Assembly (NCBI GenBank): GCA_951406725.2 | Contig: OX597819.1 | Location: 1,364,001 to 1,428,000, forward strand | DNA from: Octopus vulgaris | Lineage: Eukaryota | Direction: 5' to 3' | DNA length: 64,000 nt | Part shown: in pieces, positions 1 through 12,293 of the stretch | Numbering within the stretch: position 1 is the stretch's first letter | How the letters are laid out: each line of letters opens with the position of its first letter | Made by a program: the position numbers and the translations under genes | The notes under the pieces: generated by a model | Seen by the model: only the letters and a program-made list of their open reading frames with translations | What the model was told of the DNA's origin: nothing | Database searches by the model: none

Positions 1-38
1 TTTAAAGTTAAATTAAAATACATTGGTAGTAATAGTTC

Positions 39-322
39 TCACATCGACAATGCTCTTCTCAATACGTGTGATGTACCAGTTAAGACAATCTTTTGCACTT
101 CTTGCAGGGATGGTAAGCCAGGGATCATTCTCATATAATTTTCGGTTCCCGTCTTGATTATTCCTAGTGCTCCTACGATCACTGGTATTGTAACCGCCTT
201 GAGATGCCACATTTTCTCAATTTCAATGAGCTTACGTATTTTCCTATCTATATTCTTTACTTCACTCATATTCCAGTTCAACACATTGTAGCTATAGGTA
301 ACAACTGGAACTGCTAAGGAAT
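39..322 (-). mobile_element. R4/Dong-like RLE non-LTR retrotransposon remnant, internally deleted
   Basis: Minus-strand translation LAVPVVTYSYNVLNWNMSEVKNIDRKIRKL (post-RT region) runs directly into IEIEKMWHLKAVTIPVIVGALG...LQEVQKIVLTGTSHVLRRAL (C-terminus of RLE elements). It abuts an (ATT)n tract. Confidence 0.75.
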
Positions 323-333
323 TATTATTATTA

Positions 334-413
<80 letters not shown>
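322..413. repeat. (ATT)n microsatellite
   Basis: Direct reading. Confidence 0.98.
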
Positions 414-939
414 TTCATCACTGACATCACTGGCATTATCGTTTTGTGTAGTAGCAGCAGCGGTAGCAGCAACAGCAACAGTAATAGGAGTGGGGTAGTG
501 GTAGGGGTGGTAGTTGGGCCTCAGATTCCTGTGCTATCATAATAGTAGTAGTTACAGTATTATTGTAGTATTAGTAGTATTTAGTATCAGCAGCTGCAGC
601 ATATTATTATTATTTTTTTCATTATTATTGTTCAAGGGAATAGTTGGGCAGCCTTTTGGTGAATAGATCATATTCGACAGGTCTATAAATAGATTCGGCA
701 GATGGTGGAGAGGTCAGCCATAGAGACAAAAGAATCTTCGCACCCTTTGTGTCAGCAGAGGTCAAATATGTTTACTACTATCATTGGCCGCTGAGAGCGC
801 TTCCTCGAAAAGAAGCAATTTAACCTGTTCTATTGGTAATTACTGGTAGAAAACCAATAATAACACACACACACGCATACACACATATACACACACATAT
901 TCACGTCGTTGAACTTTTGAATTTCTGAATTCATTTGTG

Positions 940-1990
940 TTGTTGCTATAAAATGTGTGTTTACGTATTTTGGTAATATATTAAAATTTTAAAAGTTCCC
1001 TTGAGATGTTCGTTTGTCTGTCCAGTTGGAGAATACAGTAGGACTTTTGCAATTAAAAGGATGTTTACATTTTCGAATACTCACAGAGAATCAAAAAGAA
1101 AAGAAAACAAGTTGTAGATAGTAAAGTTTTAAGATTTACTAAATATAGAACTGTATTACTAAATATGGTCTTTTGTATGTCCGCACAGAGAGAAATGGTA
1201 GTGTTCTTAAAAGAAAAAGGAGGATCGTTTGTATGTTCGAAAGGTGTAGGTATGTAAGCTTCCTAACCTATTTTATTTTCAGGGAGAGGAAATTATAGAT
1301 ATTCCAGTCTTTGGGAATAGTAGGAGGAAGAGATGTTCACCTTGTTGGATTTTTGAATTACTGAATTTCTTTTTCTTTTGGAATTGTTCTTTTTAAAAGT
1401 TTTGCTGTGGTTTGCAGATTTTGTAGTTGTGCAGTATGCATATATTGGCAGGTGCTTACTTCCTTAATTTTTTTATCGTGCATTTAATTGTGTTGTTACA
1501 ATAAAATGCATGTTTACATATTCTGTTAGTCAGAGAAGAAGGGAAGACAAAGTGTTCACACAAAATTGGAGATATTAAAGTTTCTAAATTTTTTGAGGTG
1601 TTCATTTGTATGTTCGTTCAGAAAAAACTGGTGTTTTTTTTTACAATAAAAAGGATGTTTACATTTTCGAATATTCACGGAAAGAGGGACCAAAAGAAAG
1701 GGGAGTTAATTTTTTTTCCACAGAAAATTGTAGATATGAAGTTTTTAAAATTTACTGGAGATGATTTTTTGTCTGTCCGAACAGACAAAACTGTAGTGTT
1801 CTTGGAATAAAGGCAATGCTTACATTTTCGAATACTCAGGGGGAAAGGAAAAATGATAGCTGTAGATATTCATGGTTTTAAAGCTGATTGTTTATGTGTT
1901 CGAAAGCTGTTGATATGTAAGTTCCTTAACTTATTTTGAGGGAAATTCAAAATACTCACAAAAAACTGTAGATATTCCACTCTTTAACAA
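940..1990 (+). repeat. Degenerate internally repetitive sequence, probably the body of a non-autonomous element
   Basis: The motif TTTACATTTTCGAATA(C/T)TCA recurs near 1065, 1658 and 1820, and TGTAGATAT-type blocks also recur. Confidence 0.55.
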
Positions 1991-2184
1991 AGAAGCATAC
2001 TCAATTTGATTCATACGAAATAATTTACGAACAGGAATAGGTTATTTCGCTTGGCTATATTTAAGGATCCCTTTCAGGAACGAATGGGTTATTGGATGTT
2101 TAAAAATAATACATTAAAAATAATATATTATTTAAAACTAATATATTAAGGTAATTTCCCTTGGATGTTTAAAAATAATATATG

Positions 2185-2375
2185 TACTAGATATAAGAAT
2201 CCCTTCCAGGGTCCCTATTATCGATTTTTTCAAAAATCTAAGTATGTCACTAGTTTTTCAGACATGATTTCTACTTACGTGTCAAGTTTCACCAAAATCG
2301 ATAAAACGATGTGGGAGGAATTAGATAACAACACCACAAACAAACACACTCACAAATTTCCACATATGTAGTAGA
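2185..2375 (+). mobile_element. Possible Helentron/Helitron-associated non-autonomous element 3' end
   Basis: AAGTTTCACCAAAATCGAT...GGGAGGAATTAG, an ACAA-rich tract and a terminal TAGTAGAT resemble HINE/Lep1-like 3' ends (recalled similarity, not searched). Confidence 0.35.
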
Positions 2376-2411
2376 TGTGTACATATATATGAATGTATAT
2401 ATATTATATGA

Positions 2412-2464
<53 letters not shown>

Positions 2465-2513
2465 CGTGTATGTATATCTGTATATATATGTGTGTGTGTA
2501 GACATATACATAT

Positions 2514-2603
<90 letters not shown>

Positions 2604-2634
2604 TTATATATATATATGTAAATATTTATATATG
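2376..2634. repeat. (TA)n/(TG)n compound microsatellite
   Basis: Direct reading. Confidence 0.95.
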
Positions 2635-3170
2635 TGTACAGTCACCGGAAATACATCTGCCATCACCAGAGAAAACAAAGCAACTACCCCCAGCGACTTG
2701 CCTGACCTTTCATTGGACAAAAGCTACCTACCTGCCATTCTATTGGACACTGGCTAAACATCACTGCTGATATTTTTGTATAAATAGACATCATAAATCG
2801 CTGTAAAGGCAGTTGACTTTTTGCACTCGACTGATGTAAATCCTGTCCCTCTCGCCTGCCACGCTCGCCACTCACGCCGCCTCGAACCTTTGTACTGCTA
2901 TTTCCCGCCTGAAATAAATCGCTATATAAACTTACACCTCTTGTCTGCTCGTCCTTTCAACTACTGCTTTCGTCTGTCCAGTTTTGCTGATTACAACCAC
3001 AGTCCTTTTCAGGGCTAATTCAAGTCTGATCTGAATGCGATAACAGTCCTTTTTAGGACTACTCTCAGATCCGATCTAATTACAATAACAGTCCTTTTTA
3101 GGACTATTCTTGGATCGGATCTAATTGCGATAACCGTCCTTTTAAGGGCTACCCTCGAATGCGATAACGA
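2635..3170 (+). mobile_element. Possible solo-LTR-like insert with a terminal minisatellite
   Basis: Starts TGTACAG, has TATAAATA at ~2779 and AATAAA at ~2913, and is more GC-rich than its flanks. Confidence 0.3.
2999..3168. repeat. 44-45 bp minisatellite, ~3.7 copies
   Basis: Units start at 2999, 3043, 3088 and 3133 (ACAGTCCTTTTTAGGACT...GCGATA). Confidence 0.9.
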
Positions 3171-4160
3171 CTGAAACAAATAGAAAATAACTGATAAACC
3201 AGAAGTGACAATCTATTCATTATAAGCCCACGCGAAACGATATTCAGAATTCAGTGAGCGACACTGGAACACCCTCCGAATAACTTAGCAAGATTGATAA
3301 ATATTTCACACTTTACTTGCTTAAATACTGTTCTTTCCCCTTGGACTGTATTAATAACATTATCATTGAACACCTGCATAAGAGATAGAATGCGACATTG
3401 CTAGACTTTTTCAGTCTCTCTTACTAAAGATTATATAAGGCGGAAGCGTGGCATATCATGTAATTTCAACTGTAGCAACTGACTATTATTTACCATTTTG
3501 GCCAGAATGTTTTTTTTGTAATTTTATGACAGAGTTGGCTCCCTTTGTGCTAATAATACTACATGTATTTTGTCACTTTCCAATTTATTCAATGACTACT
3601 TGAAAATGCCGGGAGTTTGTTGAATATAATAAATTATTTGAAGTGTCTACTTGGTTCTTGTTTTATGTTCCCTTCTACTGACATATTTAAGCTTCGCAAC
3701 TCATTAAGTCATACTTTGTGCTTATAATGATAATGTGATTGGTTTCAAAGTTTTGTATTATATTTATGAATGTAAAGTGAACTTCATGTGGCAGTTTGCT
3801 ACTATATTTTGTCTGGTTAATAAGTACAATATTCACTACATTCTTTCTTAGATTAAATATTTTAAACATCATGTTATTTTTCCGAAGTATCTTCTTTTGG
3901 AAATATTGCAGTAATATTGTAACCGCAGTTTCAATAAATAGTTGCCGTTACATTGAATTAATGTTCTCTCTTATTCGATGAAATAAATAATGTAATAGGA
4001 TCGTGAAAACAAACTTCTCAAGCACATCGTTCAGAAATATGCATACTAATTAACATAATTTTACTCAAGAATAGTTAACTGATATTTTTATGAAGCTGCT
4101 TGGCATCCCGATTGGAAGATATGTCAGAAACGGATTGCATCTGATTGAATGCTCATGTTC

Positions 4161-4851
4161 TTGCTTCAGTCATTTGACTGCGGTCACTCTGGATCACCGC
4201 CTTTAGTTGACCCCGGGACTTATTCTTTTGCTGAATCGCTAAGTTACGGGGACGTAAACACATCAACATCGGTTGTCAAGTGATGGTAGGAGGACAAACA
4301 ATAGGACAAAGAAATACATACAGGTATGTGTGTGTGTGTGTGTGTGTGTGGAGGCGCAATGGCCCAATGGTTAGAGCAGCGGACTCGTGGTCGTAGGATC
4401 GCGGTTTCGGGCGTTGTGTTTATTGACCGGAAACACCTAAAGCTCTACGAGGGTCCGGCAGGTGGTGGTGGCGATCTTTCTCTCACTCTTTCTTCTGTTG
4501 GACTGCTCGCTTAGCTAGCGGGGTGGCGTCATTTGAAACAATGCGAAGCGCATTGTGACCAGCGATGTGTAGCAACATCTGATAGCCTGGTCGGTCACGG
4601 AGAACACGGTGATATATATAGAAGCATGCTGAAACTTGATAAGGAAGTTTAGCTGTCTTTCAGTCTTGTTTATATATATATATATATAACGGGTTTCTTT
4701 CTGTTTCTGTCCATCAAATCCACTCACAAGATTTTGGTCGGCCCGAGTTTATAGAGGAAGACATTTGCTCAAGGTGCCGCGTAATGGGACTGAACCCGGA
4801 GCCATGTGGCTGGGAAGCAAGCTTTTTACCACACAGCCACTCCCACACCTA
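4161..4851 (-). mobile_element. SINE family A copy, split by a nested SINE
   Basis: Reverse complement of the 4967 element: 5' half at ~4670-4851, 3' half at ~4161-4323. Confidence 0.8.
4350..4613 (+). mobile_element. tRNA-derived SINE family C nested in the SINE A microsatellite
   Basis: tRNA-like head GGAGGCGCAATGGCCCAATGGTTAG (A box) followed by GGTTTCG; ends CACGGTGATATATA. Confidence 0.75.
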
Positions 4852-4966
4852 TCGCAACACTTTTAAATATCTTGTTTTGTACATAATATAATATGATCTC
4901 ACTTTACATCATAGTTGCTCTTCAATTATTACGAAGTTATATGTTTTTAAAAAAATAAATGCTGAT

Positions 4967-5397
4967 AGGCGCAGGAGTGGCTGTGTGGTAAGTAGCTTGC
5001 TAACCAACCACATTGTATCGGGTTCAGTCTCACTGCGTGGCACCTTGGGCAAGTGTCTTCTGCTATAGCCCCGGGCCGACCAATGCCTTGTGAGTGGATT
5101 TGGTAGACGGAAACTGAAAAGAAGCCTGTCGTATATATGTATATATATATATATATACTTGTATGTATGTGTGTGTGTTTGTGTGTCTGTGTTTGTCCCC
5201 CTAGCATTGCTTGACAACCGATGCTGATGTGTTTACGTCCCCGTCACTTAGCGGTTCGGCAAAAGAGACCGATAGAATAAGTACTAGGCTTACAAAGAAT
5301 AAGTCCCGGGGTCGATTTTCTCGACTAAAGGCGGTGCTCCAGCATGGCCGCAGTCAAATGACTGAAACAAGTAAAAGAGTAAAGAGTAAAGAGAGTA
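4967..5397 (+). mobile_element. tRNA-derived SINE family A, full length
   Basis: Head AGGCGCAGGAGTGGCTGTGTGG with B-box-like GGGTTCAGTCTC, central (TA)n(TG)n, tail CTCCAGCATGGCCGCAGTCAAATGACTGAAACAAGTAAAAGA; several copies in the window. Confidence 0.92.
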
Positions 5398-5930
5398 TAA
5401 TTTAAGGTTAAATTATATATATAATATCATTATTACTTCATCCAGCTTTAGCTTCTGTATCTCTTCTATTTTAAAAGCTTAATAGTCGAGCATTTTATTA
5501 TTTCACGTAAATTGTTAGCACAAATACAACCAATGTCCCTGAAGAAATGCAATACACACACATTTGATATTAGTAAGGTGTTGATAACTATTCAGTAACT
5601 GCTGTAGCATTGGGAAAATAGCATGCATAGCATTGTCAACAGCTGGTAGAATTGTGAATCTGCTAAACAGTATGTTCATCCTACTTCAGAAGAAAAGGTT
5701 GCAGCACCCAACAGCCAATAGCCACATAAAACAATTATATTACTGATTAAAGAGGCTTGATAATTGCAAATATGAAGGTTCGTTATGCGTCAATATGTGG
5801 CTGAAATTCAATAGAGGATGTTAAAGTGTAAAGACGCATAGTAAAGTTGACATAATTAACTGAGCTGAAGAATATGAAATATAAGATCCTGTACCGTCAT
5901 AGTTTTAATTCAATATTTTTGGGAATGTTC

Positions 5931-6185
5931 AGCGGCGAGCTGGCAGAAACTGGGGTCGATGTAATCGACTTAATCCGTTTGTCTGTTCTTGTTTGTCCCC
6001 TCTGTGTGTAGCCTCTTGTGGGCAGTAAAGAAATAGGTATTTCATCTGTCTTTACGTTCTTAGTTCAAATGCTTTTCATCCTTTCGGAGTCGATAAATTA
6101 AGTATCAGTTGCGTACTGAAGTCGATCTAATCGACTGTCCCCCTCCCCCAAAATTTAGGGCCTTGTGCCTAGAGTAGAAAAGAAT
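5931..6185 (+). mobile_element. SINE family B, dimeric subfamily, internally deleted
   Basis: Head GCGGCGAGCTGGCAGAAAC and tail GGCCTTGTGCCTAGAGTAGAAAAGAAT match the 27002 copy. Confidence 0.85.
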
Positions 6186-6504
6186 AATTTAGGGAATGTT
6201 GTGTTCTGACGAAACTATGTACAATTAAACTTTTTATGTGAAAGCATACAAATATCTGCTTGAAGCAGACTTAGATTCTGCTTCAGTAAACATTTCACTC
6301 TTTCCATTGGAACATTATATCTTAAAAAAGCGTGTTATGTTCAGTGAGCACAGTCTCTACAGTGAGCCATAATTCCCATCAGTCTGTAGTCAGGTAGAGT
6401 GAATTAAATGGAATTATGATTTTCCTAGGGACCAGTTATCTATCGGTTGTTTCATTACTAATGCAAAATTTATCACACTGCAATTATTTGAACATCATAC
6501 TCAC

Positions 6505-6598
6505 CTTTGAAACAATTATACATTTTTTCCCCTAGAACTTAATATTGGCTTGAAATAATGATTAATAAAATCAGCCCTGAGATGGTTTGGTGACAGCC
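6505..6598 (-). other. Candidate exon (94 nt) with an in-frame TAA
   Basis: Strong acceptor ttttcgtttttaattttgttcgtAG and donor AAG|GTGAGT; phase-0 reading GCHQTISGLILLIIISSQY*VLGEKMYNCFK. Confidence 0.4.
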
Positions 6599-7016
6599 CT
6601 ACGAACAAAATTAAAAACGAAAATAACAAAATGAAATACGATATACGTTTTGCAGAATGATCGTGTTTGAGATATTCTTTATCATAAGTATTTAACTGAT
6701 CCAATTTTCTTTAATTGTTGCATAAATATTAATTATTCAGTTTTTTGATCATGTTTGTTTCCCAACAAATATCTGATTATTATGCTTCTTTGTTTTACAG
6801 TTTCTATTGTTTAAAATTCATCTCAAACAATTCAAATTCTTGATGTGAAACATTCTTCACTCGTCACTTTGAAAGTCTCCTTATAAATGTGAGAGTGCTT
6901 GCAACCACATCATCAAACATACTGGCAAATACAGGGCTTTTACTCTACAACCGAATACACTAGTCAAGTATGAGAAAGATCTATATTTTCTAGGAGACAA
7001 TATTTGACCCTTAATA

Positions 7017-8168
7017 TTGGGTTGAGGAATAATTCATGAGCGTTTTTTTCAAACTTATTTTAAACATAAAGAAAACTACAATAAATTAATCAATAATATA
7101 CTCTTCGTTGTTGTTTACGACTTCCTCCCATCGTTTAATAAGTTTTTCAGTGCCTCGGCGATAGAAATCTCCCGGTCTTGACTCAAAGAATTCGTACAAC
7201 CAAACCCTCAATTCCACGTCATTATTGAACGATACACCGCGCAAAGCATTCAAAAGCGGTTGAAAGAGCTGAAAATCTGGAAAGTATGGAGGATGAGGCA
7301 GCACTTCCCGTTCGTGTTCTTGAATTGTGGTTTTGGTCATATTAGAGATGTGAGGATGGGCGGTGTCGTGTTGCGGAAGAACGCCATTTCACCAATTCGG
7401 TTTTTTTGCTGAATTGCTTCGTTGAGTCAGTGCAATTGTTGAAGGTAGAGCTCCGCATTGAGAGTTTGGTTGCGCTCAAGCAGTTCGTAATGAATTATAC
7501 CTTCCCAGTCCCACCATACACACAACATGGTCTTTCGACGATGAAGGTCTTGTTTTGCTCGCGGAGTCACTTGTTTGTCGGGGTTGAGCCATTCTTTTCG
7601 CGTAAAAGCACCATTTTCATTGCCAGGGACAATGCGGTAAAGAAAACGCTGTTTGAGACCATGTGTTGAGCGATTGTAGAGCGTTGATTTTTGTTATTTT
7701 CGCTCAAAGTGGTTGGCACTCAAGCGCCGAGTTTCTGAACCTTCCCCATTGAGTGAAGGTGGTTCACTACAATTTTTTTTTATCACAATCCATTTACTTC
7801 GCCAATTCTCTGGTTGACCGGTGTGTGATCCGTCCTTGAGGTAAACATTCCCATTTTTGAAGTGCGAAAACCAACGGAGGGTGGAACTTTGAGGCATTGC
7901 TCCTTCTCCATGCACAGCACAAATCTCACGAGCAGCTTCGGTGGCCTTAACACTTCGATTAAATAGAAAAAGCAAATGGTGTCGAAAATAAATACCCAGT
8001 TTTGTCTATTTGACATTCTATTTTTATGATCTGAAAATACACAAAAATCAATAAAAAAAAAATACACTATGTTGTAGAGCAAAAAACATCTTGTGAATGC
8101 GCTTATTTCTGCGTGCATTTTTAAATTTGAAAGAAAGAAAAACGGTCGCGAATTATTCTTCAACCTAA
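7017..8168 (-). mobile_element. Mariner (DD34D) DNA transposon, decayed
   Basis: TIRs TTGGGTTGAGGAATAATTC / GAATTATTCTTCAACCTAA with TA on both sides; transposase fragments include ATEAAREICAVHGEGA...WFSHFKNG and LPHPPYFPD...FFESRPGDFYRRG...KRWEEVV. Confidence 0.93.
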
Positions 8169-8281
8169 TACAAGCACTCTTAGACCAACAAACACTGACA
8201 GTTTCTAAAATCAGCAGCGAGTATGAAGGGACAACAGCGGTAGCTTTTATATTTTGTCAAATATTAGTTTCTCAAATATAT

Positions 8282-8449
8282 AGGCGCAGGAATGGCTGTG
8301 TGGTAAGTAGCTTGTTTACCAACCACATGGTTCCGGGTTCAGTCTCACTGCGTTGCATGTTGGGCAAGTGTCTTCTACTATAGCCTCGGGCCGACCAAAG
8401 CCTTGTGAGTGGATTTGGTAGACGGAAACTGAAAGAATCCCGTCGTATA

Positions 8450-8517
<68 letters not shown>

Positions 8518-8731
8518 CATGTATGTTTGTGTGTCTGTGTTTGTCCCCCTAGCATTGCTTGACAACCGATGCTGGTGTGTTTACATCCCCGTCACTTAGC
8601 GGTTCGACAAAAGAAACCGATAGAATAAGTACTAGGCTTACAAAGAATAAGTCCCGAGGTCGAGTTGCTCGATTAAAGGCGGTGCTCCAGCATGGCCGCA
8701 GTCATTTGAATGACTGAAACAAGTAAAAGAG
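8282..8731 (+). mobile_element. SINE family A
   Basis: Colinear with 4967-5397. Confidence 0.92.
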
Positions 8732-8807
8732 TATATTACTCCTCTTAAGAAAGGCATCATAAGAGAGGTAAGAATAATTTTAATGGAAGAAACAACATAG
8801 CACTCAC

Positions 8808-8923
8808 AACAAAAGCAGAAATAGCCGCAAATGAACAGTTACCATCAGGTGCCGGAGAAATTTGAATAAAGTGACTAAGAACCAGGGTTGGCTGGGCTAA
8901 GGTGGCAAATGAAGATACAATCC
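8808..8923 (-). other. Candidate exon (116 nt, phase 1 to 0), hydrophobic
   Basis: Acceptor atctttgcAG and donor GTT|GTGAGT; the only open frame reads GIVSSFATLAQPTLVLSHFIQISPAPDGNCSFAAISAFV. Confidence 0.4.
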
Positions 8924-9908
8924 CTGCAAAGATATACGACTTTAGCATAGAGCCACGAATAATGGAACGCTATTAAGAGATGCTTGAAGAAATATATATT
9001 TTGTCTCGGGAAACAAATTTCCTCCTCTGTTCATTATGTGTAAAAACTCACAAAGCTCAACGTCTCGTCAACAGTGAATAGGATGCTTCGGCGAGGTTTT
9101 TCACTTTCTTAGTGAAAGACATTGCATCGGTCACTTGAATCTAGATATGAACATTTGTATCCATGTAGAAAACAGCAATCATAATATATTTATTGATGTG
9201 TGTGTGTGTGTGTGTGTGTGTTATTGCAAAGTTGGAAACACTGCAATTTATGCTCACAGCAGCATGGGTCGGAATAATGGCGTGTGCATTTATTTTAAAC
9301 ATGTATTTTTATTTTCCAGTGTACTCGAAGCCGCATAGAATTCGCTGCGAGATTTTGATTCCGAGAGCACATACGGAATTTGCTTTCTTTCTAAAACGTA
9401 CAAACATCAAGTAACGCAATGGGACAACCGGATCCGGTGTTTCGGAGTGATTTCGCATCACTGGAAAGCAAATTTTCCCTATGTGCATTTTGCATTAAAA
9501 AACACAAATCAAGCTCGATATGATACTAGTGGTGAACAAAACCCGGTATTTCGGCAAGATGTCCCCTCCTTAGTCATACATACTAAGTCATATAGCTAGA
9601 TAGGAAATTGTGTTCCTATATAGGAAACAGCAAACAAAATGTTTGCTGGTGTGTATCAAGGCTTGTCAAGCTGAAATAATGATATAATAAGCACGCGGAG
9701 CTGAGCTGATCAATAGAATGATGAGTGCATTTATTTTTAACGCGTTCCAGCACACTAGTACATGTGTGACATTTTGTCTCGGCGAATTTCTTCAGCATAC
9801 AATGCAAAGCGTACCAAAACGTGGTACGTACATCTTTAATAAGTTCCTGCACATTTGAACCTGAACGGCAAACGCTGCGAAATTTTGTTTTGTATCCGCA
9901 CGCACGCA

Positions 9909-9909
<1 letters not shown>

Positions 9910-9998
<89 letters not shown>

Positions 9999-10017
9999 CA
10001 CGTACACACACACACAC

Positions 10018-10049
<32 letters not shown>

Positions 10050-10063
10050 GCACGTACACACAC
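9910..10063. repeat. (CA)n microsatellite
   Basis: Direct reading. Confidence 0.97.
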
Positions 10064-10137
10064 CAGTCATATTTATGTGGGGTTCTCTTGCGTGAAGAAT
10101 GGTCTTAATACTGAAAAATATAAATGATATTTTTCAG

Positions 10138-10320
10138 TGTTTTTGACTCAAGATCGTGTGGAGAATGGATTTAGTTACATTAGAATAGAATGCAATATCA
10201 AACTGTGCAAAGATTCAATGTTGTTGATATCTCAAAATTATTCTGTTAAGAATGCTTGCGCTATCCTAACGGTAAAGAACAACTTTTCTTGTAATTATCA
10301 TGGAATCAATGATGTACTTG
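10138..10320 (+). other. Candidate symmetric phase-1 exon (183 nt), Cys-rich
   Basis: Acceptor atttttcAG and donor TTG|GTAAGT; open frame FLTQDRVENGFSYIRIECNIKLCKD...NACAIL...NNFSCNYHGINDVL. Confidence 0.4.
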
Positions 10321-11139
10321 GTAAGTATACTTATCTTGATTAACTTCCATTTGTCTTGATTGTCTTTAAGTGTAATATATGGTTCACGTGAAGCTAAATA
10401 TTCATGATTCTCATAATCTATTTTGAGGCTCGTGACAGCGTGCTTGTGTTCAAGACTTGCAGATTTACGTATGTTAATCATGTGTATGTATTTTAAGTAA
10501 ATTCAATATAGTATTTATTCCGAATACCTAAGATTCCATATTATGAATTCTTGAGATTACACCCTCCCCCACATACATGCATATATTTGAATCATCATAA
10601 AAATAATTACTGCTGTTTGGAATGCATTTAATACGTACGTTTCAACTGGATATTGTGCAGATCCTGTGTCTTCAGTTGTAACATTCAAATACCGCGTTTT
10701 GATTGTAGCAATTGAAGGCAGTGGAATCTGCGTAACAGCTTGTTATGTAACCACTCGAAACGTACTACTGGATTCGTTCGAAATATCAGCAAAAGTTTTT
10801 TTGTGATTATTCAAATATTACGTGTCTCATGTTCATGAATACATCTTGCCTATCCTTACCCAAATAATACGTTTGCGGGAGTGGAATGTTGATCTAGACA
10901 ACGGGATCAAAATATCTGGTAAAATAGGTAAATTATACTGCATCACAGCATACTACTGAGTACATACATATGTACACGCATACAACATGCAAACGTACAT
11001 ACATACTTACATACATATATACATGCATGCCTACATACATACATACATACATACATACATACATACATACATACATACGTACATACAAACATAGATTATA
11101 TCAAATTTCATGCCATTTTAAGTTGCACCAGAATTTAGA

Positions 11140-11510
11140 AACTGCCCCAAAATATCACCAAGGTATCATCTCCCTATGCGATACAATGTCGCTAAAACAT
11201 GCAATGCGATTCGAAAAGAAAACTGTCCTGGAATAAATATTAAGTACCCACTGTTATTGAATGCATACATAAACATCAGCACAAAGAATATTGGTGGAAC
11301 ATTTCCATGAAAATATCTGAGAAATGTAAATATAACAGATCGGATATTTTTAGGGACAGACAAGGAAAGGTAAGTACCGTCATAAGGGTCAGCTGCCCGG
11401 TTAATGTGAATACCTCTTCGAAAATAAAAGAGAAAGAGGATAACTGTGGACAACTATTTCGAAACCTCCAGCTTTTATATCCAGATTATAGATTCATATT
11501 TATACTAATA
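11140..11510 (+). mobile_element. RLE non-LTR retrotransposon fragment (end of CCHC plus PD-(D/E)xK endonuclease)
   Basis: CPKISPRYHLPMRY.VAK, then KEYWWNIS...NRSDI...VSCPVNVNTSSKIKEKEDNCGQLFRNLQLLYPDYRFIFI. Confidence 0.75.
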
Positions 11511-12120
11511 CAATAGAACCACCTCACAGTACGAGTGCACCATTGTAAGAGTAATTTGTTGCATGAGCCGAGGCTCGTAGGAAATTTTGTCTTGAAGTAC
11601 GAGCGAGTTTCATACAAGCGAGTGCCAGTCGGCGCTGAGCTCGTACACGCTTCCCAACAAGCGTAGTCTCCGCTGGCTCAATCTGCGTGTTTATCTCGTT
11701 GTGACAGCATCCCTGTTGTGCCTTACCCAGTGTTTTGTGCATTTGTTGCTACTATTTTACGATCGAAGTACGTCGACGATCTGCACCATCTTGAAGAAAA
11801 AGGCTGTTATAACAGTAAAGGGTGTCTCCAGGCTCTAAGCAACGCACATCTGTCCACGAAAGGATGGAAAAATTGCTTCTCCTGAAGCAACTCGCTGGGG
11901 ATACGATTGCTGAGACCAGCATCTGAGAAAAAGCACGAGCGCTGTATGGGTTTCTCCTGAAGCAGAACCCTGGAACATCGACGGAGGAGACACCAACAGA
12001 CACATTTATGGCCAGTCGTGGCTGGTTTAATAATTTCAAGAAGAGGACTGGTGTTCATAGCGTCGTTAGGTATGGAGAGATAGCGAGTTCTGACACGAAT
12101 GTAGCCGACAATCTGGATAA
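11511..12120 (+). mobile_element. Tigger/pogo DNA transposon 5' fragment (CENP-B-type HTH)
   Basis: KQLAGDTIAETSI*EKARALY...FMASRGWFNNFKKRTGVHSVVRYGEIASSD is typical of Tigger transposases. Confidence 0.8.
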
Positions 12121-12214
12121 GCTAGAGTTTTCAGAAAAAAATCAACCGCCTTTTTCGCACATTACAATTACAGTCTGCAAGTGGAATAGTAAAAATATAC
12201 AAGGCTTTTCTCAA

Positions 12215-12289
<75 letters not shown>

Positions 12290-12293
<4 letters not shown>

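Noticed and set aside
2999-3168. CRISPR-like palindromic repeats
   Set aside because: Inter-repeat segments are homologous to each other rather than unique spacers, there are no cas genes, and the context is eukaryotic.
4967-5045. tRNA genes at SINE heads
   Set aside because: A/B-box-like motifs only, no full cloverleaf, and always joined to a SINE body.
8820-8860. PDGNCSFAAIS as an OTU protease catalytic motif
   Set aside because: Short match only, with no downstream OTU Trp/His motifs visible.
9054-9096. Possible sixth hammerhead on the minus strand (..GCCGAAGCATC...GAGACGTTGAG)
   Set aside because: Both core boxes are non-canonical and stem II is poor.
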